A stretch of 64,000 nt of DNA, taken from the NCBI GenBank assembly GCA_050248855.1, contig JBFWRP010000003.1, positions 96,001-160,000 on the forward strand. The letters run 5' to 3'. Of this stretch, positions 13,062 to 22,871 are shown piece after piece; positions within the stretch are counted from its first letter, which is position 1; every line of letters starts with the position of its first letter. Below the pieces are notes generated by a model. That model did not search any database and was not told where the DNA came from. It worked only from the letters and a program-made list of their open reading frames with translations. This DNA is from Planctomycetota bacterium (lineage in GTDB: Bacteria; Planctomycetota; PLA2; JAEUHO01). The position numbers were made by a program, and so were the translations under genes.

Positions 13062-14714
13062 ATGCACGCACGCACCACCGCACGTGGGTCCACGCCCGGA
13101 GCTTTCGCCCTGGCGCTGCTCGCCTTGGCCCTGCCGCTCGTCGGCTGCGGCGAGGACGGCGGCTCGTCGGGCGGCAAGCCGCTCAAGGTCGTGCTGCAGC
13201 ACGGCAACAACAGCCGCCCCTACATGCCCTGGCCCGTCGACGTGGCCAAGCAGGTCGCCGCCTCGCTCGAGGAGATCGGCTTCGAGGTCGAGGTCCGCCA
13301 AGAGGAGTGGTCGAGCTACCTCGAGGCCGTCCAGAACGGCCGCCACCAGATGGCCCTGCTCGGCTGGTCGGCTGACGTCCCGGACGCCGACAACTTCCTC
13401 TACGTGCTGCTCGACAAGGACAACGCGCGCCTGGGCTCGGCCAACAACATCTCGTTCTACACGTCGGACGAAGTGCACGAGCTGCTGACCAAGGCCCGGC
13501 GCACCGACGACGCGCCCGAGCGCGAGCGCCTCTACGCCAAGGCCCAAGAGCTGATCCTGCGCGATGCCCCCATGGTGCCGCTCGTGTACGGCGAGAAGAT
13601 GATCGCCTTCCGCAAGCCGTTCGGTCAGATCGGCGTGGAGCCCATCAACCACCCGCAGCTGAGGTCCGTCCCGAGCCCGCAGGACGGCACGCTCGTGTAC
13701 TTGCGTGGCAACGACAGCGTCAAGCTGGATCCCGGCGACTCGACCGACGGCGAGAGCAGCAAGGTCATCGAGCAGGTCTACGACACGCTCCTGCGCTTCC
13801 AGCCCGGCAGCATCGACGTGGAGCCGTCGCTCGCCACCTCCTGGGACCACGACGAGTCCCGCAAGGTCTGGACGTTCCGCCTGCGGGAGGGCGTGCTGTT
13901 CCACGACGGCACGCCCTGCGACGCGGCCGCCGTCGTGAACGCGTTCGAGCGCCAGCGGGATCCCAAGCACCCGCACCACTTCGAGGACGGCGAGTTCGCC
14001 TACTGGAAGGACCTGTTCGGCTTCGTCGAGCGGGTCGAGCCCGGCGAGGGCGAGCTGGAGGTCGTGTTCCGCCTGAAGGAGCCCGCGCCGCCGTTCTTCC
14101 TGTCCATGCTCGCGGCATTCAACACGTCCATTCCCAGCCCCGCGAACCTGGACAAGGGGCCGCAAGCGGCACGCCGCAGCCCCGTGGGGACCGGACCGTT
14201 CCGCTTCGCGTCGTGGGACCCGGGCGTCGAGATCCGCCTGGAGCGCAACGACGACTGGTGGGGGGACAAGCCCGCCTTGAAGACCGTTCGCTTCCTCGTC
14301 TCCGCCGATCCCACGGTGCGCAGCCGCCGCCTGCTCTCCGCCGAGCAAGCCGACCTGATCGACAACATCGCCCCGCAGACGGTCGAGGCGCTGGAAGCCT
14401 CCCCCGACGTCGTCGTGGTGCGCGAACCGGGCCTCAACATGTCGTACCTGGCGATGAACACCACCAAGGCGCCGTTCGACGACGTCCGCGTGCGGCAAGC
14501 CGTGCAGCTGGCCATCGACAAGACGCGCATCGTCAGGACCGCCTACAAGGGGGGCGTGGCACAGGAGGCCACGACGCCTGTTCCACCGACGGTGTTTGGC
14601 CATCACGCCGGCTTGAAGCCGGTGGCCGACCACTCCACGCCCGAGGGCCATGCGCTGGCCATCGCGGCCGCCAAGAAGCTGCTGCGCGAAGCCGGCTACG
14701 ACACCGGGGACTGA
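13062..14714 (+). CDS. ABC transporter family-5 substrate-binding lipoprotein (DppA-like), apparently circularly permuted
   Basis: Lipobox LVGC. Family-5 signature EPSLATSW...WTFRLREGVLFHDG, PVGTGPF and PFDDVRVRQAV lie downstream of the normally C-terminal segment RPYMP...GWSAD...RERLYAKAQ. Confidence 0.9.
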   Translation: MHARTTARGSTPGAFALALLALALPLVGCGEDGGSSGGKPLKVVLQHGNNSRPYMPWPVDVAKQVAASLEEIGFEVEVRQEEWSSYLEAVQNGRHQMALLGWSADVPDADNFLYVLLDKDNARLGSANNISFYTSDEVHELLTKARRTDDAPERERLYAKAQELILRDAPMVPLVYGEKMIAFRKPFGQIGVEPINHPQLRSVPSPQDGTLVYLRGNDSVKLDPGDSTDGESSKVIEQVYDTLLRFQPGSIDVEPSLATSWDHDESRKVWTFRLREGVLFHDGTPCDAAAVVNAFERQRDPKHPHHFEDGEFAYWKDLFGFVERVEPGEGELEVVFRLKEPAPPFFLSMLAAFNTSIPSPANLDKGPQAARRSPVGTGPFRFASWDPGVEIRLERNDDWWGDKPALKTVRFLVSADPTVRSRRLLSAEQADLIDNIAPQTVEALEASPDVVVVREPGLNMSYLAMNTTKAPFDDVRVRQAVQLAIDKTRIVRTAYKGGVAQEATTPVPPTVFGHHAGLKPVADHSTPEGHALAIAAAKKLLREAGYDTGD

Positions 14715-14723
14715 CCCGCCCGG

Positions 14724-15743
14724 ATGCTGGTCTACGCCGTCCGCCGCCTGCTGTTCGCGGTGCCGCTCCTGTTGGCGGCATCGTTCCTCGTCTTCGCCAT
14801 CGTCACCTCGTTCCCCGGCGACCCCTGCCGCGAGAAGCTCGGCCAGGCGACCACGCCCGAGGCGCTCGCCAAGTGCCGCAAGGACTTGAACCTCGACGGT
14901 CCGTTCCTCGAACGCTTCGGCACGTTCCTGAGCGGCGCGGTGAAGCTGGACTTCGGCCACGACTTGCGCACCGACGAGGACGTGGGCGACGTCGTGCTGC
15001 GCCGGCTGCCGCCCACGATCGAGCTCGCGCTCGTGGCCTTGGCGCTCGCCTTCCTGCTGGGCAGCTGGCTCGGCACGCGCTCGGCCCTTCGGCCCGGCAC
15101 ATGGCTCGACATGCTGGGGCAGACCGTCAGCTCGCTCGGCGTGTCGATCCCCGTGTTCTGGCTCGGGATGATGCTCATCGCGGTGTTCGGCGTGTGGCTC
15201 GACTGGCTGCCGTTCGGCGGCTGGTCGCCGGTGGACGTGGCGCCGGGCACCACGTTCCACACGGACTTCCTGCTCTTCGAGAGCCTGGTGCGCTTGAAGG
15301 GCGGGGCTTTCCTCGGCGCCCTGCAACACATCGCCCTGCCGGCCCTGGCGCTGGCCACGATCCCGCTCGCGACGATCACGCGCATGACGCGCTCGGCGGT
15401 GCTGGAGGAGCTGGGCCGCGACTACGTCACGACCGCACGTGCCAAGGGCTTGCCCGAGCGCCGGGTGATCGGCCGGCACGTGCGGCGCAACGCCCTGATC
15501 CCCGTGGTCACGATCACGGGCTTGCAGCTGGGCACGTTGCTGTCCGGCGCCGTGCTCACCGAGACCGTCTTCTCGTGGCCCGGCATGGGCACGTACATGG
15601 TCAACGCAGCCGACCAGCGCAACTACCCCGTGCTGATGGCCTGCATGCTGCTGTTCGTCGTGATCTTCGTGGTCGTCAACCTCGTGGTGGACCTGCTCTA
15701 CCACTGGATCGACCCGCGCCTTCGCACGGGGCTCTCGTCGTGA
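14724..15743 (+). CDS. dppB: Peptide ABC transporter permease (DppB/OppB family)
   Basis: YAVRRLL, PGDP, PPTIELA, SIPVFWLG, DYVTTARAKGL, RNALIP, ETVFSWPGMG, DLLYHWIDPR. Confidence 0.93.
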   Translation: MLVYAVRRLLFAVPLLLAASFLVFAIVTSFPGDPCREKLGQATTPEALAKCRKDLNLDGPFLERFGTFLSGAVKLDFGHDLRTDEDVGDVVLRRLPPTIELALVALALAFLLGSWLGTRSALRPGTWLDMLGQTVSSLGVSIPVFWLGMMLIAVFGVWLDWLPFGGWSPVDVAPGTTFHTDFLLFESLVRLKGGAFLGALQHIALPALALATIPLATITRMTRSAVLEELGRDYVTTARAKGLPERRVIGRHVRRNALIPVVTITGLQLGTLLSGAVLTETVFSWPGMGTYMVNAADQRNYPVLMACMLLFVVIFVVVNLVVDLLYHWIDPRLRTGLSS

Positions 15744-16585
15744 CCGGCCGCCGCGCCGGCCCGCTGCGCCGCCTGCTGCGCGACAAGGGCGCCATCGTGG
15801 GTCTCGTGCTGGTGGGCCTCGTCGTGCTCATGGCCGCCGGAGCCAACTTCGCGCCGTGGGGGCCCAAGGAGATCGACCGCAGCGTCTACGAGCCCGTCCC
15901 GCCGGGTGGCGACCACCCGCTCGGCACGGACGGCGCGGGCTACGACGTCTTCTCCCGCCTGCTCTACGGCGCGCGCATCTCGCTGCTGACGGGCTTGGCC
16001 TCGGTCCTCTTGGCGCTGCTCGTGGGCGTGCCCCTGGGCGCGATCAGTGGCTACGCGGGCGGCAGGGTCGATACCGTCCTCATGCGCATCGTGGACGTGA
16101 TGCTCGCCTTCCCCAGCGTCGTACTGGCCATCGCCATTGCCGCGCTGCTCGACGCGCGCACGGTCGGCACCGTCATCGTGGCCGTCGCCGTCGTCGCGGT
16201 GCCCACCGTCGCGCGGCAAGTGCGCGCGTCGGTCCTGCAGGTGCGCGGGCTCGAGTACGTGACGGCGGCGCGTGCGATGGGCTTCTCCCCCCAGCGCATC
16301 CTCGTGCGCCAGGTCCTGCCCAACTGCCTCGCCCCGATCCTCGTGCTCGCCACGCTCGGCGTCGGCCACGCCATCCTGGCCGCCGCCGGCCTCTCCTTCT
16401 TGGGGCTAGGCCCCGAGGCCCGCGTCGCCGAGTGGGGCGTCATGCTCAAGGACGGCTACCGCTACGCCACCGGCCGCGAACAGTGGGTCATCGTCCCCCC
16501 CGGCGCCGCCATCGCCATCACCGTCCTCGGCTTCAACCTCCTCGGCGACGGCCTCCGCCGCGCCCTGGACCCGCGCGCGAAGTGA
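15740..16585 (+). CDS. dppC: Peptide ABC transporter permease (DppC/OppC family)
   Basis: HPLGTDGAGYDVFSRLLYGARISL, EYVTAARAMG, LSFLGLG, EWG, FNLLGDGLRRALDPR. Confidence 0.93.
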   Translation: MTGRRAGPLRRLLRDKGAIVGLVLVGLVVLMAAGANFAPWGPKEIDRSVYEPVPPGGDHPLGTDGAGYDVFSRLLYGARISLLTGLASVLLALLVGVPLGAISGYAGGRVDTVLMRIVDVMLAFPSVVLAIAIAALLDARTVGTVIVAVAVVAVPTVARQVRASVLQVRGLEYVTAARAMGFSPQRILVRQVLPNCLAPILVLATLGVGHAILAAAGLSFLGLGPEARVAEWGVMLKDGYRYATGREQWVIVPPGAAIAITVLGFNLLGDGLRRALDPRAK

Positions 16586-16592
16586 ACGTCCG

Positions 16593-16687
16593 TACGGTGC
16601 CAGAGCAATTCCTAGTGCTCGTCGGTGCCACGCCGGAATTCCGGCGCGGTCCGGGGCCCTGAATTCAGGGCGTGGCGGCATGCCGCC
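16593..16687. repeat. Palindrome cluster, left copy (REP-like)
   Basis: TACGGTGCCAGAGCAATTCCTA (16593-16614) followed by perfect palindromes CGCCGGAATTCCGGCG (16631-16646), GCCCTGAATTCAGGGC (16656-16671) and GGCGGCATGCCGCC (16674-16687). Confidence 0.85.
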
Positions 16688-16711
16688 GGCGACCGCGTAC
16701 GCTCCTGCCAC

Positions 16712-18169
16712 ATGCCACCCCTCACCGCTCGCGTCCTGTTCGTCGTGGTCTCGGTGGGTGTCGCCGCAGCCTTGGCTGCCGCGTTGCGGGGGGGACGCTC
16801 GGAGGACGCGGCAGATCTGCCCCCGGCGGGCGACGCTGCCAGCGACGACCGGGGCGCGTCGGGACGCGCGACCCGGCCGGGCCTCTCGGGACGGGCCGCG
16901 CCGACGCACGGGCCCGCAGCGCTCGTCTGGAGCGAGTGCGAGTGCCGCGAGTCCCTGCAGGGAGCCGAGCTCGAGGCGGCCCTCGGCGATGTCGGCACCT
17001 GCAAGGACCTGTTCGATCGTGTCAGCAGGCTCCGCATGGCTGGCTCGCTCGATGTCGATCCGGCCGCGGGTCAGGGGACGAGGCTCAATGGACCCGGGAC
17101 GGAGCTTGGCGCCCACCAGCACGCCTTGCTCGCGTACCTGCATGGCGGCCACGAGCAAGAGCTCCTCGCGATGGCCACCGCGGAGTGGGCCTGGCTAGCC
17201 GTTCGAGCCTTGGCGCCCGGCAGCCACATGGTCGATGCCGATGTTCGGGCGCAAGTACTCGAGAGGGCTCTTGCCCACGGAGACGTGAAGACCTCGGTCA
17301 TTGCGGCCAACTGCGTGCGAAGCCGTGCCGACCTGTCCGAAGGGTCGGTGGCCTCGCTCATGCGGTGGGCGGCGGATCCGCGGCGCGAGGAACGTGGGAG
17401 CGCGCTCGTGGCGCTTTACCACCTGGATGCGCGTGACGGCTCCCTCGCGCCTTGGTTTCGCGAGCTCGCCAAGGGCGACATCGAGCAGCTGGGGACGTGG
17501 CTTCCCCGGTGCCTCGCCAGGGTCGACGGAGCGTCGGACGACACGCAGCAGCTGCTGGTCACCTGGGCCAACGGATCGCGACCCGAGATCGCACTGGGCG
17601 CCCTGCACGCGCTTCGCGAGATGGCGACCCTGGGCGACGCAATCCTTGTCGCGATCGAGGAGGAATCGGGCCCAAACGTCGCGGGTGACTTCGAACGCCT
17701 GAGGATCATGCTGCAGCACGGTCGCTCGGGCGCCCGTCAGGTTCGTGAGCTTGATCACGTGGTCCGGCCGAGCGCACGCTACGAGGCTACGCGCGCTGTG
17801 TTGCACCATCCCCTCGATGCGCCTTCCGTGCGCTCGCTCCTTCGCACCCAGCTCGTGAGCGATGACGAAGACGCGGTTGCCCTCGCGGCGCTTGCGGCCT
17901 GGCGCGTCATGCGCGACGAAGAACCCATGCGGGCCTTGCTCTCCCGCGCCTCGGCGGACAACGACGAATTCGTCTGGGCTCGGACCTGGGCTCGCGAGCT
18001 CTCGAGGATGCCGGACATCCTGCAGGGGGAGTTCGCCCGCGTCATCGCCCGACTCGTCCCGGGTGACGACGCCTTGGGTCAGCTCCGAAGGGCGCTCGCC
18101 GGGTCGGGCGCCAGCGGCCTCCGCCTGCTCTGTGGACCTCTACGCGCAGCCTTGGCGGAGGGGGACTGA
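16712..18169 (+). CDS. Orphan membrane-anchored helical (possibly HEAT-like) protein with atypical codon usage
   Basis: 485-aa ORF with an N-terminal hydrophobic helix; by eye it has more A/T-ending codons (CTA, GTT, CGA, CTT) than neighbouring genes. Confidence 0.6.
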   Translation: MPPLTARVLFVVVSVGVAAALAAALRGGRSEDAADLPPAGDAASDDRGASGRATRPGLSGRAAPTHGPAALVWSECECRESLQGAELEAALGDVGTCKDLFDRVSRLRMAGSLDVDPAAGQGTRLNGPGTELGAHQHALLAYLHGGHEQELLAMATAEWAWLAVRALAPGSHMVDADVRAQVLERALAHGDVKTSVIAANCVRSRADLSEGSVASLMRWAADPRREERGSALVALYHLDARDGSLAPWFRELAKGDIEQLGTWLPRCLARVDGASDDTQQLLVTWANGSRPEIALGALHALREMATLGDAILVAIEEESGPNVAGDFERLRIMLQHGRSGARQVRELDHVVRPSARYEATRAVLHHPLDAPSVRSLLRTQLVSDDEDAVALAALAAWRVMRDEEPMRALLSRASADNDEFVWARTWARELSRMPDILQGEFARVIARLVPGDDALGQLRRALAGSGASGLRLLCGPLRAALAEGD

Positions 18170-18173
18170 CTCG

Positions 18174-18575
18174 CACTACGGTGCCCACTACGGTGCCAGA
18201 GCAACTCCTATCACTTGGCGGCGCCACGCTGGCAGGCGCGGCGGAGTCCCGCCGCCTGGTGGCCCCAAGCCCGGCGGCATGCCGCCGCGATCGCCCCGGC
18301 GGCATGCCGCCGGGGCCACCCCGGAATTCCGGGGTGGTTCGGGGCCCTGACTTCAGGGCTCGGCGAGGTCCATGCTCAGGCGACACCCTCCGGCGGGCAC
18401 TCAGCACCCCATTGCAGGCCCGGCGACAGGCCGCCGCCCACCAGCTCTCGCACCGGCGGCATGCCGCCGGGGCCACCCCGGAATTCCGGGGTGGTTCGGG
18501 GCCCTGATTACAGGGCTCGGCGCCGTCGCTTCTCGTGCGGCGGCCCAGGGTGGGCACTCGGCACCCCATCGCAGG
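18174..18575. repeat. Palindrome cluster, right copy, with two units at 157-bp period
   Basis: CACTACGGTGCC twice (18174-18197); 22-bp repeat at 18189-18210; 70-bp block at 18296-18365 and 18453-18522 (68/70 identical); 24-bp block at 18395-18418 and 18552-18575. Confidence 0.85.
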
Positions 18576-18647
18576 GGGCGGCGGGAGACCGCCGCCGGCG
18601 CCGTGCGGAGTGACGCTGAGGTGACCGGCGAGGCGGAGGGTGACGGG

Positions 18648-19235
18648 ATGCGTCGACTCCATCTAGCTGCCCTCGCCCCTGCCGTCCTCGTGCTTGCCGC
18701 CTGCCAGTCGGGGGGGAGCGGGGAGGTCGCGGGGGCGGTGCGCTCCGACGGGTTCCCGGCACCTAGCCAGTACGCCGTGTGGCACACGGCGCGGCAGGTG
18801 TTCCACGAGCAGCAGCTGGCCATCGACGACGAGAACTCGTCGGCCCAGACCGGGGTGCTGGTGTCGCATTGGCGCGCGTCGCTCTCGCCGTTCTCGCGCG
18901 ACGGGCACCGCGATCGGGCCACCGTGCGCGTGTACCCGGTCGAGGGGCGGCCCGGCTACTTCCGGACCGAGACCAACGTGGTGCGCCAGATCAACGCCGA
19001 CATGCGCGACCCGGGCAACCCCATGGCGGCCGACTGGGGCAACGACACGCGCAACCAGCCGATGGAGACGCTGATCAACCGGCGCATCGAGATGTTCTTC
19101 CTGCCCAACGACGTCAGCGACGTGTTCCGCCGCCAGCACGGCATGGAGCCGGGCGCGAGCCCGCGCATCGTCGAGCCCGAGCCGAACGGCCCGCCGCCGT
19201 CGGACAACCCCTTCGACTTCCTCGCGCCCCGCTAG
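18648..19235 (+). CDS. Hypothetical lipoprotein
   Basis: MRRLHLAALAPAVLVLAAC lipobox; GGAGG RBS. Confidence 0.75.
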   Translation: MRRLHLAALAPAVLVLAACQSGGSGEVAGAVRSDGFPAPSQYAVWHTARQVFHEQQLAIDDENSSAQTGVLVSHWRASLSPFSRDGHRDRATVRVYPVEGRPGYFRTETNVVRQINADMRDPGNPMAADWGNDTRNQPMETLINRRIEMFFLPNDVSDVFRRQHGMEPGASPRIVEPEPNGPPPSDNPFDFLAPR

Positions 19236-20407
19236 ACCCGACCCACACAGGCCAACGGGCGTCCCGTGGACCCCTTGAGCAGCACGAGGTGTCCGGCGTG
19301 GGGGCCGCCGAGGCGCAGCTTCTTGCGCCAGGCTTCGGCGCGGTCGTCGACGCCGCGCTTTCGCACCTCCACGCGGCCAACACCGGCCTCGGCGAACCAG
19401 CGGTTGACGCGCTTGGCGTCCGGCGGCAGCACCGCCTCGATGCGGAGCCAGGTGCCGGGCGCCGTGGGCGTCGGCGCCTCGCCCAGGAGGTAGTCGGTTC
19501 GGCCTGCGCAGGGCGTCGTGAGGCCCTCGCGCAGGGCGAGCGCGGGCACCAAGTCGGCGTGGTGCACCGCCGTGTCGGGATCGAGCAGCCAGACGCCCGC
19601 CTCGAGGGCGCCCACCTCGGGTAGCTCCTCGTCGCCCGCGCCCTCGATGCTCGTCCCTTCCGGCAGGGCCAGCGCCCGCCGCGGCGCGGCGTCGGCAAAG
19701 CCGGCGAGCAGCAACCGCCGTTCGCGGGCGCGGCCCGCGAGCGACACCACCTCGAAGGGCGGCGCATCGCCTCCGTCGTCGGGCCACGTGGTGGCCGGCG
19801 CGACCTTCACCACCAAGGCGCGCGCCCGCTCGCTCCACGTGCGCCACGCAGCGGGCGGTGGCGAGAAGTCCTCGGCGCTCGTCTGTCGCTGCCCGCCGGA
19901 CCGCCGGTCGGGGTCCACGAACACGAGGTCGGCGGGGAGGTCGCGCGGCGCCTCCTCGATGCGCACCTCGACGAGGTCGGCCACACCGAGCGCGACCGCG
20001 TTGGCGCGAAGCAGCGCCGCGCAGACGGGATCGCGATCGTAGGCCACGACGGGGCGGCCCGTCACGGCCACGGCCAGGGCGTCCACCCCCGCCCCCGAAC
20101 CCACGTCCACCAGGGGAGCGTGCGCCGTGCCCGGCCAGCGCGTCGCGCGCTCCGCGGCCACGGCCCACGCCGTGGCCTGCTCGAGGGCTTCGCGCTCGAA
20201 CAGCCACTGCGTCGGCTCGGGCACCTTGGCCGCGGCGCGGCGCTCGAGGTCATCCTGCTCGAGCAGCACGCGGGCGCGGTCGCTGTCGTAGGCGCGGGTC
20301 AGCGCCCGGTGGCGCTGGTGCAGCGGCTTGTCGCGCAGCGCACGTGCGGCGGCGCGCGCCTCGGGGCCCGCATCGCCAGCCAGGAAGGCGACGTCCTCGA
20401 GGCGCAT
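19232..20407 (-). CDS. SAM-dependent methyltransferase with C-terminal THUMP-like region
   Basis: ALEQATAWAVA, VDVGSGAGVDALA, VFVDPDRR, VKVAP, WLLDPDTAV, VEVRKRG. Confidence 0.8.
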   Translation of the reverse strand: MRLEDVAFLAGDAGPEARAAARALRDKPLHQRHRALTRAYDSDRARVLLEQDDLERRAAAKVPEPTQWLFEREALEQATAWAVAAERATRWPGTAHAPLVDVGSGAGVDALAVAVTGRPVVAYDRDPVCAALLRANAVALGVADLVEVRIEEAPRDLPADLVFVDPDRRSGGQRQTSAEDFSPPPAAWRTWSERARALVVKVAPATTWPDDGGDAPPFEVVSLAGRARERRLLLAGFADAAPRRALALPEGTSIEGAGDEELPEVGALEAGVWLLDPDTAVHHADLVPALALREGLTTPCAGRTDYLLGEAPTPTAPGTWLRIEAVLPPDAKRVNRWFAEAGVGRVEVRKRGVDDRAEAWRKKLRLGGPHAGHLVLLKGSTGRPLACVGRV

Positions 20408-20480
20408 GGCGACGTTGTGCCATGGCGGGGCCCGGGCGGCGCAGACCGGACGAGCCGCCTCGCGCCAAGTCGACCTTACG

Positions 20481-22871
20481 ATGAGGCCGATGGTCGACCC
20501 CCAGGCTGCCGCCGATCGCACCCCGATCCCCGACCAGCTGCCGGGCCTGCGCTTGGCCAGCACGGTCGTCTTCCCCTTCGACGTGGTGAGCGTCCCGATC
20601 GACCGGCCGCGCAGCCGGCGGATGCTGGATGCGACGCCCGGGGACGCGGCTCTCGTGGCCTGCTTCCTGCCGCGTGAGCCCGAGCCCGACGGGCGGCTTG
20701 CCGAGCGCACCGAGGACTTCCTGCCGATCGGCGTGGCTTGCCGCGTGATCCACCGCATGCGCATGCCCAACGACACGGTGCAGGTCGTGCTGCAGGGCCT
20801 GGGCCGGATCCGGCTCGAGAAGGTGCTCCGGGCCGAGCCCTACCTCGAGTTCCAGGTGCGTCCGGTCGCCGACCACGAGCCCAAGGGGGCCGACATCGAC
20901 GCGCGCATCGTGCGCTGCATGGAGCTCGTGGACGAGCTCGTGCAAGCCGAGGGCGGCTACCCGCCCGAGATGGTCAACATCCTGCGGATGAACATCTCGG
21001 GCGCCGGGCGCTTCGCCGACCTGCTCGGTGCGCACCTGCGGCTACCGCTGGAGCTCAAGCGCCACCTGCTGGCCGCGCCGACCGTGCGCGAGCGCCTGCA
21101 GATCGTGGAGGAGTCCCTGGCCGAGGCGCTGGCCCGGCATCAGGTGCAGGAGGAGGTAGGCGCCCGCGTCAAGGCCGAGCTCACCGCGCGACAACGCGAG
21201 CAGCTCTTGCGCGCGCAGCTGCGCGCCATCCACCGCGAGCTGGGCGAAGGGGGTGACACGGCGGCCGAGGCGGAGGCCTTGCGCGAGGCGGTCGAGGCCC
21301 GCGGCCTGCCGGAGGCCGTGCACGAGGTGGCCCTGCGCGAGGTGGAGCGGCTGGGCAGCATGCCCCAGGCCAGCGGCGAGCAGCACGTCGTACGCACGTA
21401 CGTCCAGTGGCTGCTCGATCTCCCCTGGGAAGTGCCGCCGCGCCGCCGCGTCGACTTGCGCAAGGCCCGTCGCGTGCTCGACGAAGCCCACTACGGGCTG
21501 GAGGACGTGAAAGAGCGGATCCTCGAGCACTTGGCCGTGCAGCGGTTGGCCAACGACCCGCGGGCCCCCGTGCTCTGTCTCGTGGGCCCGCCCGGTGTGG
21601 GCAAGACCAGCCTGGGTCGCAGCGTGGCCGACGCGATGGGCCGACGCTTCGCGCGCTTCAGCGTGGGCGGCGTGCGCGACGAGAGCGAGATCCGCGGCCA
21701 TCGGCGCACGTACGTCGGCGCCATGCCGGGCAAGATCCTGCAGACGATCCGCCGCGTGGGCTCGGCCGACTGCCTGTTCCTGATCGACGAGATCGACAAG
21801 ATGGGGGCCGATGCGCGGGGCGACCCCGCCAGCGCTTTGCTCGAGGTGCTCGACCCCTCGCAGAACGAGACGTTCACCGACCACTACCTCGACGTGCCCT
21901 ACGACCTGTCGCACGTCTTCTTCATGGCCACGGCCAACGACGTGTCCACCATCCCGGGCCCGCTGCGCGATCGCATGGAGATCGTGCACCTCGCGGGCTA
22001 CACGCGCCTCGAGAAGCTGGCCATCGCCAAGCGCCACCTCGTTCCTGCCGTCTTGGAGGAGACGGGCCTCACCACGCGGCGCCTCGTGTTCGAGGATGCG
22101 GCGATCCTCGACCTCGTGGACCGCTACACGCGGGAGGCGGGCGTACGCGGCCTGCGGCGCCAGCTGGCCCGCTTGGCCCGTCGCCGCGCGCTCGACGTGG
22201 CGCAGGGCGGTCCCGGCGGCAAGGGCAAGCTCGTCATCACGCCCGAGCGCGTGGCCGAGCGGCTGGGCCCGCCGACGAACGAGCCCACGGCACGCTCGCG
22301 GGACGCCGCCGTCGGCGTGACCGCGGGGCTGGCTTGGACGCCGACGGGCGGCGACCTGCTGTTCATCGAAGCCACGCTCGTGCCGGGCACCGGCCACGTC
22401 AAGGTGACGGGGCGGCTCGGGGAGGTGATGCGCGAGAGCGCGGAGGCCGCCTTCACGTACGTGCGCTCCAAGATGCGCGACCTGGACATCGACCCGGAGC
22501 GCATCCGCACCCACGACGTCCACGTGCACGTGCCGGACGGGGCCACACCCAAGGACGGACCCAGCGCGGGCGTCACCATCGCCACCTGCCTCGCGAGCCT
22601 GCTCACCGGGCGTCCGGCGCGCCCGGATGTGGCGATGACCGGCGAGATCACGCTGAAGGGTCGCGTGCTGCCGGTGGGGGGCGTCAAGGAGAAGGTCCTG
22701 GCGGCGCATCGCGCGGGCATCCAGACGGTGTTGCTGCCCGAGGGCAACCGCCGTGACCTCGCCGACATCCCGCCCGAGGTCCAGGCCGGGCTCACGTTGT
22801 GTTTCACCAAGGACGCCCGCGAGAACATCGAGGCCACGCTGCTCTCCCTCCTGCTGCCCGACGACGAGTGA
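20481..22871 (+). CDS. lon: ATP-dependent protease La (Lon)
   Basis: [13 protein letters not shown], Walker [30 protein letters not shown], catalytic PKDGPSAG and GGVKEK. Start at 20481 or 20490. Confidence 0.96.
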   Translation: MRPMVDPQAAADRTPIPDQLPGLRLASTVVFPFDVVSVPIDRPRSRRMLDATPGDAALVACFLPREPEPDGRLAERTEDFLPIGVACRVIHRMRMPNDTVQVVLQGLGRIRLEKVLRAEPYLEFQVRPVADHEPKGADIDARIVRCMELVDELVQAEGGYPPEMVNILRMNISGAGRFADLLGAHLRLPLELKRHLLAAPTVRERLQIVEESLAEALARHQVQEEVGARVKAELTARQREQLLRAQLRAIHRELGEGGDTAAEAEALREAVEARGLPEAVHEVALREVERLGSMPQASGEQHVVRTYVQWLLDLPWEVPPRRRVDLRKARRVLDEAHYGLEDVKERILEHLAVQRLANDPRAPVLCLVGPPGVGKTSLGRSVADAMGRRFARFSVGGVRDESEIRGHRRTYVGAMPGKILQTIRRVGSADCLFLIDEIDKMGADARGDPASALLEVLDPSQNETFTDHYLDVPYDLSHVFFMATANDVSTIPGPLRDRMEIVHLAGYTRLEKLAIAKRHLVPAVLEETGLTTRRLVFEDAAILDLVDRYTREAGVRGLRRQLARLARRRALDVAQGGPGGKGKLVITPERVAERLGPPTNEPTARSRDAAVGVTAGLAWTPTGGDLLFIEATLVPGTGHVKVTGRLGEVMRESAEAAFTYVRSKMRDLDIDPERIRTHDVHVHVPDGATPKDGPSAGVTIATCLASLLTGRPARPDVAMTGEITLKGRVLPVGGVKEKVLAAHRAGIQTVLLPEGNRRDLADIPPEVQAGLTLCFTKDARENIEATLLSLLLPDDE

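Noticed and set aside
8300..16900. Shared P-x-L-x-G linker motif in two membrane-anchored orphans (GPALEGT, RPGLSGR)
   Set aside because: Too short and compositionally expected in GC-rich linkers to support from two examples.
18174..18609. CRISPR array
   Set aside because: Only two units, a 70-bp composite repeat and no cas genes.
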